In this document: piece by piece, positions 22,451 to 36,368 of the stretch
How positions within the stretch are numbered: the first letter of the stretch is position 1
How the letters are laid out: the number at the start of each line of letters is the position of its first letter
Assembly: GCF_026571515.1 (NCBI RefSeq)
Contig: NW_026863691.1
Span: 434,001-498,000, forward strand
Length of the DNA: 64,000 nt
Direction: 5' to 3'
From: Ruditapes philippinarum
Lineage: Eukaryota
Notes under the pieces: generated by a model
Databases searched by the model: none
What the model saw: only the letters and a program-made list of their open reading frames with translations
Told to the model about the DNA's origin: nothing
Program-made: the position numbers and the translations under genes

Positions 22451-23616
22451 TTTGGGACAATCGATATAAATATACCATATTATACATGTACTATTAAACA
22501 AAGATTAGTTGACACTTTTCTACTAAGCTGATATGCATATATTACTAATTTACCAATATAACAAACATACTGCATATTTAAACATTCTTTTGAAATTGAA
22601 ACGTATTTAGACTATGTCCAAGCTGCTTTTACTAGATTTCGGACTTCCTCCCATAATTTATTTATAGAAACTGATAGGCCTAGAGAACAGCGAAATAACA
22701 GAGTGAAAAGCACTTTCTCCTTGTGTGTACCCACTATCGAAATCTTTAAACCATACTACTTCCATTGGCCGCCGACTATAAATAAACTAGATAGTCTTTT
22801 GTTGAAAACTGTATGTGCCAAACAATCAATACAATACAATCTCAATACAAAAAGTAAATAACTTAATAATAAGTTATTTCCTATCAAAAATTCTATTAAA
22901 TAAACTTATAGAATCAATGCAAGCACATTGTGTATCTAAACTCGTAAGAGGAGAGGATGAAGTCGAAGTGAGCTGGAGAAGGAAAGTGCGCGGGAATTGG
23001 AAGAAAACCAATGTAAAACTCTCTCAAATCTCTTTCATACAATTATGTTGTACACACGATTGGACATACAAAAACAGTTCACAAAATTGCACGACATACA
23101 TAGTGAAATTGTTGCGGCCGTTTCCGTGAATTTCCGCTAATAAGCGTACGTTACAGAACCATCCGAAACAATACAATAGCAGACGATAACAGACGCCACG
23201 GAGACAAACGACAATCGACCTATGCGCGGACATTAAGGATATTTTTCCCACGACTAAATGACGAACAGTGCACGGCAAAATGAACAATTAACATAATGAA
23301 TAAATCGACCTAAGATTGATGAACAATTATGACCTGTGAGCTCTTCTTTATCATAATGACCCACTAACTTTGTTAATATACTGACAATGTTTGCAATATT
23401 AAACTTATCTGAACAATCTTTTTATTATATTTTTATGCTAACATAAGCGTTTTCAGATCATCGGTAATCCAAACCGATTTCGAAAGTACATTCAAAACGA
23501 AAGTAGAATTCCTGTATTAATGAAGATCATGTGACCGTATTGAGATGCATCATAGGGATAATAACGATACTTTAAATAATTTCATCGAAACCAACTTTTC
23601 ACTATATCCTTTACAT

Positions 23617-26600
23617 ATGGCTGACAAAGGTAATGCATTTATTAATTGATTTAGGTAAACTACATTAAATAGTGTCATCGGGCGTTTAATCATGTCGTTT
23701 AAGCTTATTCCTAAAAATAATGTTAAAATGTAGGTGTAAATGTATACATATCAATGTCGATTGTAATAGCAAGTGTTACATATTACCAATTTAACTGTTG
23801 AAATACGTGTTCGTCTGTAGATGCACGCATGACAGAATTCTGTGAATAGTCGTTCATTTTGTTAAGAATAGAGTTTAGTGGTAATGTATTTTATCTTTGA
23901 TCTAAAGTCAATGTCAAGCTGCTTTCACTGAGTCCAACAGTAAATGAAATGGATCTAGTTTCGATTTTAAAATGGTTGGGGTTGAGTTACGTCTCTTAGT
24001 ATGTCCAATAACAAGGAAACGATGGTTGCTTATGATATTTTGAGAGTCATTTCCAGTCCACCAAGATTAAGAATATTGAAGTGTAACTTTTGTAGGTCTT
24101 GTTTTGGTAAATTGTCCATACACGACCAGGCTGTTCTTTTGAAAATCAGTTTATGTTCCAATTCAGTTGAAATTCAAATTAAGTGAACGATAGCAATGAT
24201 AACTTGGCAGTGCTTAAATTCCAAAATGCAAAAAAGTGTGGTAAAATGTTGTTGCCATTTATTTCTACATTATAACGGTTAAGCGTAATTTTGCTGTTAA
24301 CTGTTATAATTTATTACATATACTACTTGTTTTTTGTTGTTGTTTTGTTTGTTTGTTTGTTTGTTTGTTGTTGTTGTTTTTTTTTATCTTTTGATCTGTC
24401 TTTTTTTCATCTTAATTGAATGAAGTTGTTATTATTCTATATCAAACTAAATATTATAACCTTTAAAGTCATAAAATTATTTAGTGGTGTGGAACATCCA
24501 TCTTTTATTATACTTAAGTTAAGAAATAATATATCTAGCTGTTATGAATGTCAAGATGTCATTAAATTGCATACTTTCCTCTCTTCCTCTCTTTTTCTTC
24601 AATTCTTCATCATTGTCATGTACTTAGTAGGCTAATTTCTTAAAACCAATTAACTGTTATATTATATTTAACTCTGCTCTTTGTAGTCAACGTATGAAAC
24701 ATAATCTCTGCATTTCAACATTTTCGGAATCTGAAAGATATTTCAAAATTATGCATTATTCTGTTGAATATTTCTTTTAATGCTGAATTCAGTCACAGTT
24801 CCATGGAAAAAGGTGATAGTATCCAATGTCACTTATTAATGGTTCAATCCAAATGAACGTGTACCATTGTAATTTTTCAGTGTTATAATGTTGTTTTTTT
24901 TAACATTTAATTGGATATATTTTCATTTAAGAGCATAAAGGTATGGAAGAATCTACAGACAAAGTTGAAGGTAAGGATGAAGATAAAGCTGAAGTGACCG
25001 TTGATGTAACGAACAATGAGGTAAAATTCAAGAACGCTCCTATGGGAACTGATGTGTAAGTTAATGGTACAGTTATTTTGAACTTATTTATATCTAATAG
25101 TAAATGCTATACGAATTTCAGGTCTCAAATACATGAATTGTACAATATTTCGTGTATATGAATTGCAGTTTTCTTACGTCAATTAAGATTCTGATCAAAC
25201 TGATTATAATATACTTATTAAAGTACGTTTGTGAGCCAGAACAGAACTTTTTGCCTTGTTGCCTAGGCTCTTTGATGTTTTTCCTTGTAGGTTTTCATTT
25301 TAATCTTTATAATACTAATTTGACTTTTTTTCAATAAATTAGAATTAATGTACCTTGGAAATTAACATAATTATCACAAAAACATATTCATAGACTTCTG
25401 TTTTTATTTGGGGTGATAATCATTAGTTTGATTTTGCTTACTGTTACTGACACTTACTTTTTAGTGATACAGGGAAAGAAGTGTGTCACAACTGTGCTAG
25501 GTCACAGGTTAGTTAAAAGTTACATTGTCTAAAGACATTATGTCTTAATAGAAATAATTGTGTCATTCTGTATATTACTAGTATTATTTATCTTCTATAA
25601 TAATGAGTTCCATGGCAAAAATTGCAAATCTGAAAGAATAGGTGAAGATAAAATAAAATGCTCTTTATAAATTGACCTGCCATTCATATCGTTTTCAATA
25701 TTCAATACAACTATTTCCAGCTGTTCACAATTTCACATGTACTATATTGGTTATAATAAAATCAGTATTCATGAAATGATGAATATAGTCTATGATTCAA
25801 CTCATTTTAGGCTGTTGAGAAAAATAATTATAATCAACATGAATATACATTACCTATTTACTTCAGGAAAGCATGGCAAGAGTTATGAACGAGACCTTAG
25901 ATGAATCGCGCAAGCTTGAAAGCAAAATAAAAGAATTAACTGCTCAGAAGAAACTTGCAGAAGAAAAATATATTCAGATACAGCAAATGTTAGTACAATA
26001 CCCGTAATGTTTGAAGTAAATAACATTATAACAGGCATTTAAAAAAAAAAAAGATTAAGATTTCGTTTTTCTAGACTGTCAAGAAATAAGTAAAACAAGT
26101 TCATGTGTCTAAAAGTCTTTATCTTAAATGCATTTTTGATTAATTAAATTTGTTTAATATTATCCATGTTCAATATGACTCCACTACCTTAACTACATGT
26201 GCATGTTAATACCAGCTTGTTAACAATCCACACATTATATATAAATGGAATAAATGACATATGCTATCATGACATATTTCATATCAAATGACTTCTTCCA
26301 GCATGGAATTTAATTAGTAATTACTTTGTCTTCGAAAACACCATGAATTTGATTGACCACATTATGTAACATAAGTATATCTGATTATTTTTAACCGTTG
26401 ATACAGTTCGCTACTGTAAAGGTAGTCCTATTGAAACTTTTTAGCAAATCCGTATGCAACACGGATTATACAGTACTGTACTTTCCTGAAGGTTACCTCG
26501 GAAACAAGAAACGGATAACTATATTACTGTTAAAATACGGTTTTAGCCATGGTCAGGCGATAAACCGCTAGCCCAAAAACGAAAACAACTTTTTGTATGG

Positions 26601-29600
26601 ATTTAGTAGCATATCGACTTATAAATTCGCCTAAATAGTTAGTTGTTGAGTCTCAAGAACTAATTAATGTTCAATGTAATTCATCAAGTTAAAAGTATAA
26701 CTTGAATCATACTTGTAATTTATAGTTTATATTGTTGGTTCCATGCGTTCCAAGATTAATGCAAACAAATGTTTTGAGAGTATGTTATATTCGATCTCAA
26801 AATTGAGTATTAATGCATGCAAAGATTGAGATATCCTTTTATTTGTTTCGTTACACATGTAAGAACTTAATATGAGTATCCTATTTCTTTCCAAAGGTCT
26901 GATGAAATTACAGCAAGTATGGCGGATGTGTTCAACAATAAATTAGAGCTAGAAAATCTTAATGATAAATTTTCTAACACTAAAGTGGCAAAGCGTTTTG
27001 AAAGTTTGTACAACAGCGACAATAAATGGCCGTCACTAACAGAATGGTTATTGGAAACTATCGAGGGAATCGATGAACTAAGCATGATCAAACACTTGTC
27101 ATCACTTATGAAAGTAAAATATAAATTTATTCCCAATTTTTTATATTCAGTATGAAAATCAAGTTCTTCTCCTTAATTCAAAATTAAAATGATTCATTCG
27201 TTTAATATACACATTTCTGAGTTTGACCCGTTATAAATGTAATTGTATATTGTTAAAAGATTTTGAGGGTCCCATCCATGTTCTATGAAACAAAATTGAC
27301 ATGATCTACAATTAAAAAAATATATTATACGTATTTTTTGGTCATGGGTCACATCTCAGTAATGATCATTTTAAGTTTTTAAATTTGTTTTTAGTTTGAA
27401 AAAGAGTAGAACAAATTAATCTTTGGAATGTCTTGACGTTAAAACATGGTCTTGCTACTGAATATATGAGTGAACATTTATAGGCCCCAAACACTGTACA
27501 TTCATACAGACTATAAGTACTATAATACAAGGTCAAGTGTACGTGAGTGCTATAATTTACTCACAGTCAATGGTTGTGGTGAAAAATCATTTGCGTAATT
27601 ATAATGGATGTGTCCTGTGGAGCAAACAACCATCTTCTATTATGAATGAAACTAAGTTATATAATATCTAACAATTTAAAGGTCGTTTTGGACTGTGATA
27701 TTTATTCCCTGCATCTGTGTCAAAACCATCAGTAATTGTTAAAGGGCCAAAATGGAAATAAGAGATTTAGTGCTATCCTTAGCATGGGTTTAATTTCTAC
27801 ATGGTTATTGTTTAAACGTATATTAGACGTGTTTTACCATGTTATTGCATTATTATGCTGGAATAATTTTATCTATATTTTCTTTTGTTTGATATTACTA
27901 TGAAGTAAAAACAACTTTATTGTTCTAATGTGTGTCATTTTGCAGAAAGCCTATGAAACATGTATCAAAATTTCTGACAATGAAATAAGAGTTTTTCTTG
28001 CTCTTGAAGATGACGAACCACTTCCGTCATCGCGAGAGGTATGTATCACCTACTTTCCTAAATTTGCAATGTTAACTTGCCTATTGTCATTTCTTTTATC
28101 ATTTCTTTTTTTATTTAATTTTAATGTTTAGTTAATTGCAAACATAGGACAAAGTCCGTAGAGCATTTGTGAATTAGACAGTATGCCTTGATTTCTTAGT
28201 TTTATCATCCATGTTTAACAGGGAGGTAGGATGTTTCATTTCCAATTTCTAGTTCTATATTATTATAGTTCGAACTATGTCACAATTGGTAAGAGTGAAT
28301 CATGTTGATGAACCTTTTCCAAAGAAACAAATTATGTTTGTAAGATATATTGCTATAATAAGATTTTTGTTACATGAATGAAGTTTTTAAAACTTATTAT
28401 TTGCAAAACAATAAGTGGCTAAACACAGAGATGGTGAAAAATGAATCTATTTATTTTCATTAGAATCATTTACTTTAAGCATTGTTTATGGTTTCCAAAA
28501 ATATCTTATTCCTAACATGACCTGAATATATTTGTCATTACATATATTTATGTTTTAGAACCCTCTTCTGTATAAAGTTAAAAGAAACCATGGACGTACA
28601 GAAAAACGAAGAAATGCTATCAAAAAGGTAGTGCATTTTTTTTTGTAACATTACTACATGTATTTATAATTATTAGTATTATTTATCCTGTGTTAGATAA
28701 AAAGCATATGCCATAGACCGTGGAGCATTTATGGCAAAAAATCGAAAGTGAAGTAATTTAATAGTTACGTTTTAATTTTCCATATTCGTATTGTTTCCTT
28801 CTTTTCAGAGTGTTTGGGAAATTGTATCAAAAGAAGACAGCATGTGTGTATTACTCCACGAAAAACAGAGTGAAACAATGGAGGAGGGCGAAGCCAAACT
28901 TAAAGATTTCTTTAACGAATTCATAGATATCTGCTGGCTATCAGCAATTTCTCAACCGAAACTCATCCTGAATTTTAATGTCATCGACGAACTGTACGAA
29001 GGAAGTATACGTGACCGATTTACGCAATACGCTTGCCAAGATACCGTAAAAGACATGTCAAGGGTCAAAAACACTATAATCGAGGTTGTGTGGCCAAGCG
29101 TTGAGCTAGAAGATGGGTCAGGAATTCATACTAAAGGCGATGTTATTGTAGTCGAAGAGGGGACAGATGAGATGAATACGAAAGGGAAAGAAACAAATCA
29201 GAATGAGCAAGCAAAGGAAATGAGTCAGAAAAATATAGATAAGAAGGGAACAAGTGAAAAACGAGCAATTCGAGATAAGACAAATGAGAAAGGAGCTAGT
29301 GGGGCAAAAGTGGAGGGAACATGTCAGAAACAAGCTAATGAACTCGGTACAAATGGGGAGGAAACTTGTGAGCAGGTAACTAATGAAGGTGAGGCAATTG
29401 GGGAAGAAACATGCAAGAAGGAAACTAGTGAGGAGGTTACAGATGAGGAGGGAACGTCTGTGAAAGGACCTAACGAAGATGGGGAAAATGGTGAAAATAT
29501 ATGCGAGAAAGGAACTATTGAAGATGGGGCAAATAGGGAAATAACATGCGGGAATGGAATTTGTGAGAAGGGTACAAAAAAAGATGGAACTTGTGAGAAA

Positions 29601-29651
29601 GAAACTAATGACGAAGGGACAAATGGGAAGGCAACTTGTGAAAGGAACTAG
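23617..29651 (+). CDS. Mieap-domain protein, tandem paralog 2, 507 aa, with an acidic repetitive C-terminal tail
   Basis: Exons 23617-23629, 24932-25055, 25465-25507, 25867-25988, 26897-27113, 27946-28038, 28559-28627 and 28809-29651 total 1524 nt in one open frame. Intron phases (1,2,0,2,0,0,0) match the paralogs. Motifs CHNC, NTKVAKRFESLY, ICWLSAISQP, EVVWPSVEL..KGDV. Confidence 0.85.
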
Positions 29652-29752
29652 TGATGAGGTGAACGTACAAGAAAGGAGTTAATAAAGAGGGTTAAGATTG
29701 GGGACATATATTGTCGAACTGTTATGTATGATTTAAAGATTTGGTTTTTTAT

Positions 29753-29823
29753 GTTCGTTCGTTTGTTTGTTTGTTTGTTTGTTCGTTCGTTCGTTCGTTC
29801 GTTCGTTCGTTCGTTCGTTTGTT
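29753..29823. repeat. Compound (TTTG)n/(TTCG)n microsatellite
   Basis: Directly visible in the 3' UTR region of paralog 2. Confidence 0.95.
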
Positions 29824-32007
29824 ATATCCAATTTATAAATAAGGCTGAAAGATGATATTAAAGTGTTGTCATTGTTGTTGCTGGTGTTGTGGTTGATGTG
29901 GTTTTGATATTAATAATAACTTTCAACTTATATTTCAAGCTAATTAACTAATTATTTTTCGAATCTTTAAAAACATAAATATCTGCATGATAATTAAAAA
30001 TTGATCAACGCGTTGCTTTTTTAAAATATTGATAAACGATTTGCCCTTTTTGAACACTGAATTAACTCAAATTGATAAACACTATTTTCATATTTTCAAT
30101 ATCAGTAAATAATTACTGTAACCCAGTTTTGTGCACATGAAAACGAGAGCTAATGCAATAAAATAAAATGATGTTTGAAAATGAGTTATGCAGGTTATTT
30201 TGTTTTTACATTGTAAAAAATTAATTGTTTGCCATTAACTAGATTAAATTCATGTGTTAAACTATATATAATAAAACAAACAAAGAAAACCATGTAGTTA
30301 GTTTATTAGTTTATTTACCTTTTAAACATACATTAAACTAATACATATAAGTGTTTTCAACAGTGCAAGTTATCATAATACCTTCAATTATTTAATACTG
30401 ATACTATACATGTATTTATGTCTATTGCACGCGGCATTTCCAGATTCTTTATAAAACAAAATTCCCAAAGAAGTAGTGAATTATCGATGGGTTCAGTTGT
30501 TACTTGGGTTGGATTAGCGCTCCTTTTCACTGTACGCATACATATCGGTACCATCTTTGCGAGTTCTACTGAAAAGGTTACCTCTTTGCACATGTACAGG
30601 TCATTCTCTGCTTAAGACATTTTCTTATTCATTTAAAACAACATTTGATTATACTCAATATGATCATGATAAATCATTGTTTCATGAAATTCAGTCACAA
30701 CTGCTGATTGCTATGGCATGAATTATCATGTATTATATAGCAATCATTCGATAAATGTTAAAAGTTATGAAATTAAACATTTTAAAACTTATGTTAGCTT
30801 GTGCAGCTTTAGATATTATATGCTCATCTTTGGGTATTTTTTTTCATTGCAGAAATTTATTGAACTCTATAATTCCTACTGAATATGTCTATTTTGAATA
30901 AGAGAATGCATTAACTATGTTTGAAAAGTTTATTTCCTGGTAAAGTTAATTAAGACTTCCTTAGAAACAGCCAGGTATTCAAACTGTGCTTAACTATTGG
31001 GTGCAGTGACGAAAAGCGGTAAAATATCTTCTCTGTGTACTCACGGGGGTGGAACTGCCACACGAGGGATGGAGATCTTTTAGAGTATTAATCATTTAAG
31101 CTGGAGAATTTGTTAAAGAATCATATTGCCTTTACATTTAGTTTAAACATATTCTATTGCATCAAAAATATGTCAAATATTATACTTTACATTCTTAGGG
31201 AAATTAAAAATTCAAAAACTATTCATCTGAAAATCAGATATTATTTGCTGACAATTTTCGACAAAAAAACGAGACTTTATTTTGTAATGTGGAAATCGTT
31301 AAACTAGACGTTAATTGTTCATGAAATATAAAAATGCAAGAATGACAATGGTGGAATTGTTGGAAATTTTACATTACTACATTATATAATGTAAAGTTTT
31401 CAGCAATACGGATAAAACAGTGGGTAAAAAAGAATGAATATATTTATATATTTCTTTTTCACTTGTTTGTTTGTATCTTTTGAAAAAGATCTGTTTAAGA
31501 ATAAGACTGTTAAGAGACAGTTAAGAGAATTATATCATTTACATCGATCTGTAACACACACAATAGCGATATCGTGTGTATGTTATTTAGTTATTTTAAG
31601 TTTATCATTTAATCAATATACAAATGAGTTTATGATAGGTTTAAACTGCATATACCTTGATTAATATATAACAAAACGAAAATAAAACTAGAAAACATAT
31701 ACATACTGTAAATAAGCGTATAGATATCTGCACTTATACTTAATAATTGATCACGTGCCAGTTCTAATGACTCAGTAACTGCACGTTTCTGATTAAGTTA
31801 TAATGTGTGGCTTTTAAGAGTATACTAATAAAGTAATGGTTTTTGCCATTTAGTGTTTCGTGTTTTATTTATTACTTTCTGTCATATGATAGAGGCATAA
31901 TACTTAATCTCTGGTATACATGTGTAAAATGTTTATATCTTTTCGAATGCGAATATTTATGTCAGAACATGGATTAAAGTAACATCTTAATTAACAAGAA
32001 ACTAGTT

Positions 32008-35000
32008 ATGTTATGCGCAGCAGGTAAGCTGTTAATCTATAAAACCTTCTTTTAAAGACATATTAGTATTACAGTTTTGCTTACAAATAAACGAAAGAGG
32101 AAAAAACGTAAAGGGAAAAAATTTATACAATACACTGTTATTCGCTCTGTTTATCTTTCAAAGGATCGTTCAGAAAATTATTATATAAATGTTTTAGAAA
32201 CTATAGATAGTTTTTAAACTGATTAACCAAAGAAATACTAACGGGATACCTTTTAAAGAAAGAAATACCGGTATATACCTATGCATATGTATGCAAATTA
32301 ATAAACGACAATTACATGCTTAAATAATTTTTACAATTGACTATGTCTTGACTATAATGTACATTGTATTTGTTACACTAAAATGTTGATATCTTTTGTG
32401 ATTCCATATCAAGCGTTGGACAAGCAAATACATTCCGGTCAGCCATATGCAGTTAAACCCATGAAGGAATTGTAAGTGATTTTATACATGTATATATATT
32501 TAGAACGTTATTTACACATGTACATTTTTCTGCAATCACTGAAAGTAAAGTCAAGCTTAATATGTTAAAATGTTAGTTAAAACTTAGCACATAATTATTT
32601 TCATGAAGCAAATCTAATAATTGAGTTTACAAAATGAAATTTATGGAAATGGATATGAGTTGATCTAAGCGACAGAAGTATGTTACATGGTCTAATTCTT
32701 GAACGAAACAATAGAATACATAGAATTAACCATCATCAATGTTATGTTAACCACACACTTGATAGAGATCTTAAATGTAGACAATGGCTATATAACATGT
32801 ACTCGTAGGTAGTTTTGGTTTGATCTTCCTCGTTCATATTTCTCGTGTTACTCAGGAGGACAATAATTTTGAAACGTGTCCTTAATATTGTTAGACGAAA
32901 CTATTAATTTCTTAAAGTGGATAATTCTTTATCAAGTAACAACGGTTATTAGACGAAACTATTAATTTCTTAAAGTGGATAATTCTTTATCAAGTAACAA
33001 CGGGTTAAACATTTTTGTCTAGTGATCTTCCTCTATACTTATGGATAAAAACAAAAATGCGTTTGTTTTCACTTTAAGAGACAAGCAAAATAAAGAGCGA
33101 GAATGCAAAGGCTGTGCCAACCTAAAGGTAATATATCTTATTTCTTTTTCTTTTTTTTTAAATATTTTTTTTACTTAAATCTAAATTCTGAATGTCAATT
33201 GGATAACAAATATTTCCGGGGTTTTGTTCTTTTTAATCTGTCGTTTATTTCCCTTACTTCCTTAACTATTCTTTTTGTTCTTTTTCTTGATATTTCGCAA
33301 TAATTATCTTCCTACCATGATTAAAATCTTTGCTCTTCTCTGATATATACAAAAAAATTCTTAATATATTTACAAAAACATTATCAACTGTTGTCAAAAT
33401 TATCATAATTTACGTACAATACTTCTCATTACAAAACTTGTATTTAATATATAATTATCAGAAATCACTGGAGTCGATGGATATAGATCAGAATGCGCTG
33501 GTACAAACCACCAAAAAATTGGGAGAGGAAATTAGACAATGGGAAAGAAAGTATACCACCCTGGAGAAACGGTAATCATCAGTATATAAGACCTGAATTG
33601 ACTATATATTTCAAAAGTTTGGCTGTTGTTTGATTGACCAACAGTTGATATTAAAATGCCTAAAATATGAAAAGACTTCCCACTCTTTTTATTAATGGAA
33701 CGTTACGTGTGATGGATATTTACAGAAATTTCCTTGGGCCACGTGAGGCTTTTAGCGTTCATGCGAAATAAATTATAAAAATTTAAAGTACTTCTTGCAA
33801 CATGTAAACTTATTTTGATTGTAAGCTATTCACTGGATTGGCATAACTTCACTTTAATAAATCCAGTCAATAAAAACAGAAACATAAAAATGTAGATTAT
33901 ATCGACTTCTATGAGCTGAGATGGCTCATTATAAATATCTTTTGCATTTTGAAATATTTGTTCGTCGATACATTTTTGACAAATAACAAAGATATTATTT
34001 CTTAAGTATTGATCATTTCGTTGACTTATATAACACTATAACACTGCATTATGCTCAAATGAAATATCCTGGATGATTAGAAAAATTGAAATCCATTAAT
34101 GAGAAGTAACGTCGTTTAGGTGATCCGATTTTGAAAACCGCGTGTTGGTATAGGCCCAGCTGGAAATACCCATACTTTACGTTCTTGTCAAAAATTACCT
34201 CCAATTCCGTTACACCACAGGTCCAATGACATTACAGCAAAAATGGCAGGTGTGTTAGAAGTGAGTGGTAATTTAGAGAATATAAACGACCAGTACTCAA
34301 ATACTAAACTAGCCAAGAGATTTGAGGACTTGTATGGCAACCAATGGGCGGATCTTTCAGAATGGCTTCAAGAAAACATAGAACATGTCACTGAACTTGA
34401 CAGGATTAAAACACTCACCTGTCTAATGAAGGTAAATAGATAGATAAATTCTAGCATTGACTTAATAATTATGTTGCAGTATAAAATTGAAACAGAAAAA
34501 GAATGTTATTTAATTTTTATTGTTTTTGTGGGTTACAGAAAAAAATCACCATATTTTAAATCCGAAGTCCGTAAGCCTTACTGTAATAATTAACTTATCT
34601 TATATTGCTATCCTTGGTGCATACTGTTTTGCCACTTCAGTTTGTCAGTCCGTCGCATTATAGTCATGGCTTTTTCTCAAAAGCTACGTATCCTTAAAAA
34701 AGAGCATCACTGCCAAGATGGGTTACATGGAAGGGGTTTCTATTCTTTCACTTTTGACATTAAATAATAACCTTTCCCATGATCATTTCTATTTAGTTCC
34801 AAATGTTATTTTATTGTAAGAAAAATATAATATAAATTTATTTTGTGTCAAGTGAAGTGAACATTGTATAATTTCAGCTTTCATATTATGAATGTGTTAG
34901 TACTGCAGACTCTCAGATGCGAAAGTTTTTATTTTTAGACAAAAATGATATGATCCCATTACCAGTAGAGGTAAAGATTTTCTAACAAAATTCATGTTAT

Positions 35001-36368
35001 CAAATGGTTGCAAATAAGTAAACTTCACTAAAATGTATTAAGTAACAAAAACAATGCCAAATTGATTTTTCACTTTGTTCTGGACGTAATGTTTCTGAAT
35101 ATTGACTCTTTGAGGTATCCTGTCTTAGTTTTACTTGAAATATCACAGTTCGAAGAGACTTCAAACACGTTCTTTCAATGCAAATATTTCTTTCAAAATA
35201 ATGCATTTGAATAAAACATTCCATGTTTTCTCAGGACCCAGAGTTATTTAGGTTACGAAGAAGGAATGGTCAAGGTGTATATACAAGGACGAGAGTCAAA
35301 CAGGTATGCACTATGAGGACTTTATTCATGTTATTACATACATGTATGGTTTCGAATGGTAGACATATTATGGTATCTTTCAGATTTATGCAATATTCTA
35401 TGCTATGTTCTACAGAAAACTACGCCGCACCACGCTAAACAATACTGCATTGCGCTGCTTTACTACACTCTAAAATACTCAGTCTGTACATTGACTTTAA
35501 TTGACACGGACTTTAAGTGTCAAATTAAGTCCGTTGTCTTACAAGACTATAGTATTTACTTTATTATATAACATACATGTATATGAATGCATACTATAGA
35601 AATTTTTACAAAACAAGGAAAAAAACGTCAAAGCAACGTAAAATGTTTGAATTCCCATTCGATTAAATATCAATATATTTGTAACATAAGAAAAATGTTG
35701 TCAGTTTTTTGTCGTTTATTTCCCTTACAATAACATAACAAGTACATCTAAAACTGTCTATATTTCAGACAATTGCTAAGAAAACACTTAATACCGCACA
35801 TGCAAATATATTTATGGAGACCGATGATAAGGATGAGGTCGAAAAGAAACTTGTAGAGTTCTTTGAAGAGTTTATTGACATATGCTGGCTAATGACAATA
35901 TCTCACCCAAGACTGCTGCTCAATTTTGATGTTGTAGGCAAGCCATATAGTGGTACAATAAAAGAACGATTCAAGCAGTATTCGTGTCAGGATATTGTAA
36001 CAGACAGAAGTCTTTCATGCGGGGATATACTTGAGGTTGTGTGGCCAAGTGTGGAGCTAGAAAACGAAGAAGGTGTATGTGCTAAAGGCGACGTGATAAC
36101 TGTTCAAAAAGGAAGAGACAACACTAAAGCTCACAGTGACAAAAGACGAAAATCAACTAGAAAAATAAAGGATTGTGAAAGTTTTAAGGAAGATACAATA
36201 ACTGTACAAAAAGAAAAGACTATTATTGAAGGTTTTAACGCCAAAAAAAATATTACATCTGTTGGCCATGAAGGGGGAGAAAATTGTGAAACTGTCCACG
36301 GCGAAAGAAATATTATAGCTGTTCAAGAAGGGGATGTAGACGAATTTGAAGAAATTTCACTAACATAA
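32008..36368 (+). CDS. Mieap-domain protein, tandem paralog 3, 401 aa
   Basis: Exons 32008-32023, 32414-32471, 33079-33127, 33462-33571, 34221-34431, 34878-34970, 35235-35303 and 35769-36368 total 1206 nt in one open frame. Exons 4-7 have the same sizes as in paralog 1 (110/211/93/69). Motifs CKGC, NTKLAKRFEDLYGNQW, ICWLMTISHP, EVVWPSVEL..KGDV. AATAAA at ~36710. Confidence 0.85.
32891..33003. repeat. Tandem duplication, 58-bp period, in intron 2 of paralog 3
   Basis: ttagacgaaactattaatttcttaaagtggataattctttatcaagtaacaacgg starts at both 32891 and 32949. Confidence 0.95.

Noticed and set aside
9941-36368. Assigning the symbol SPATA18, or merging the three copies into one gene
   Set aside because: Each copy has its own ATG exon, stop and poly(A) signal. 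They share only the domain with vertebrate Mieap, and orthology is not shown.
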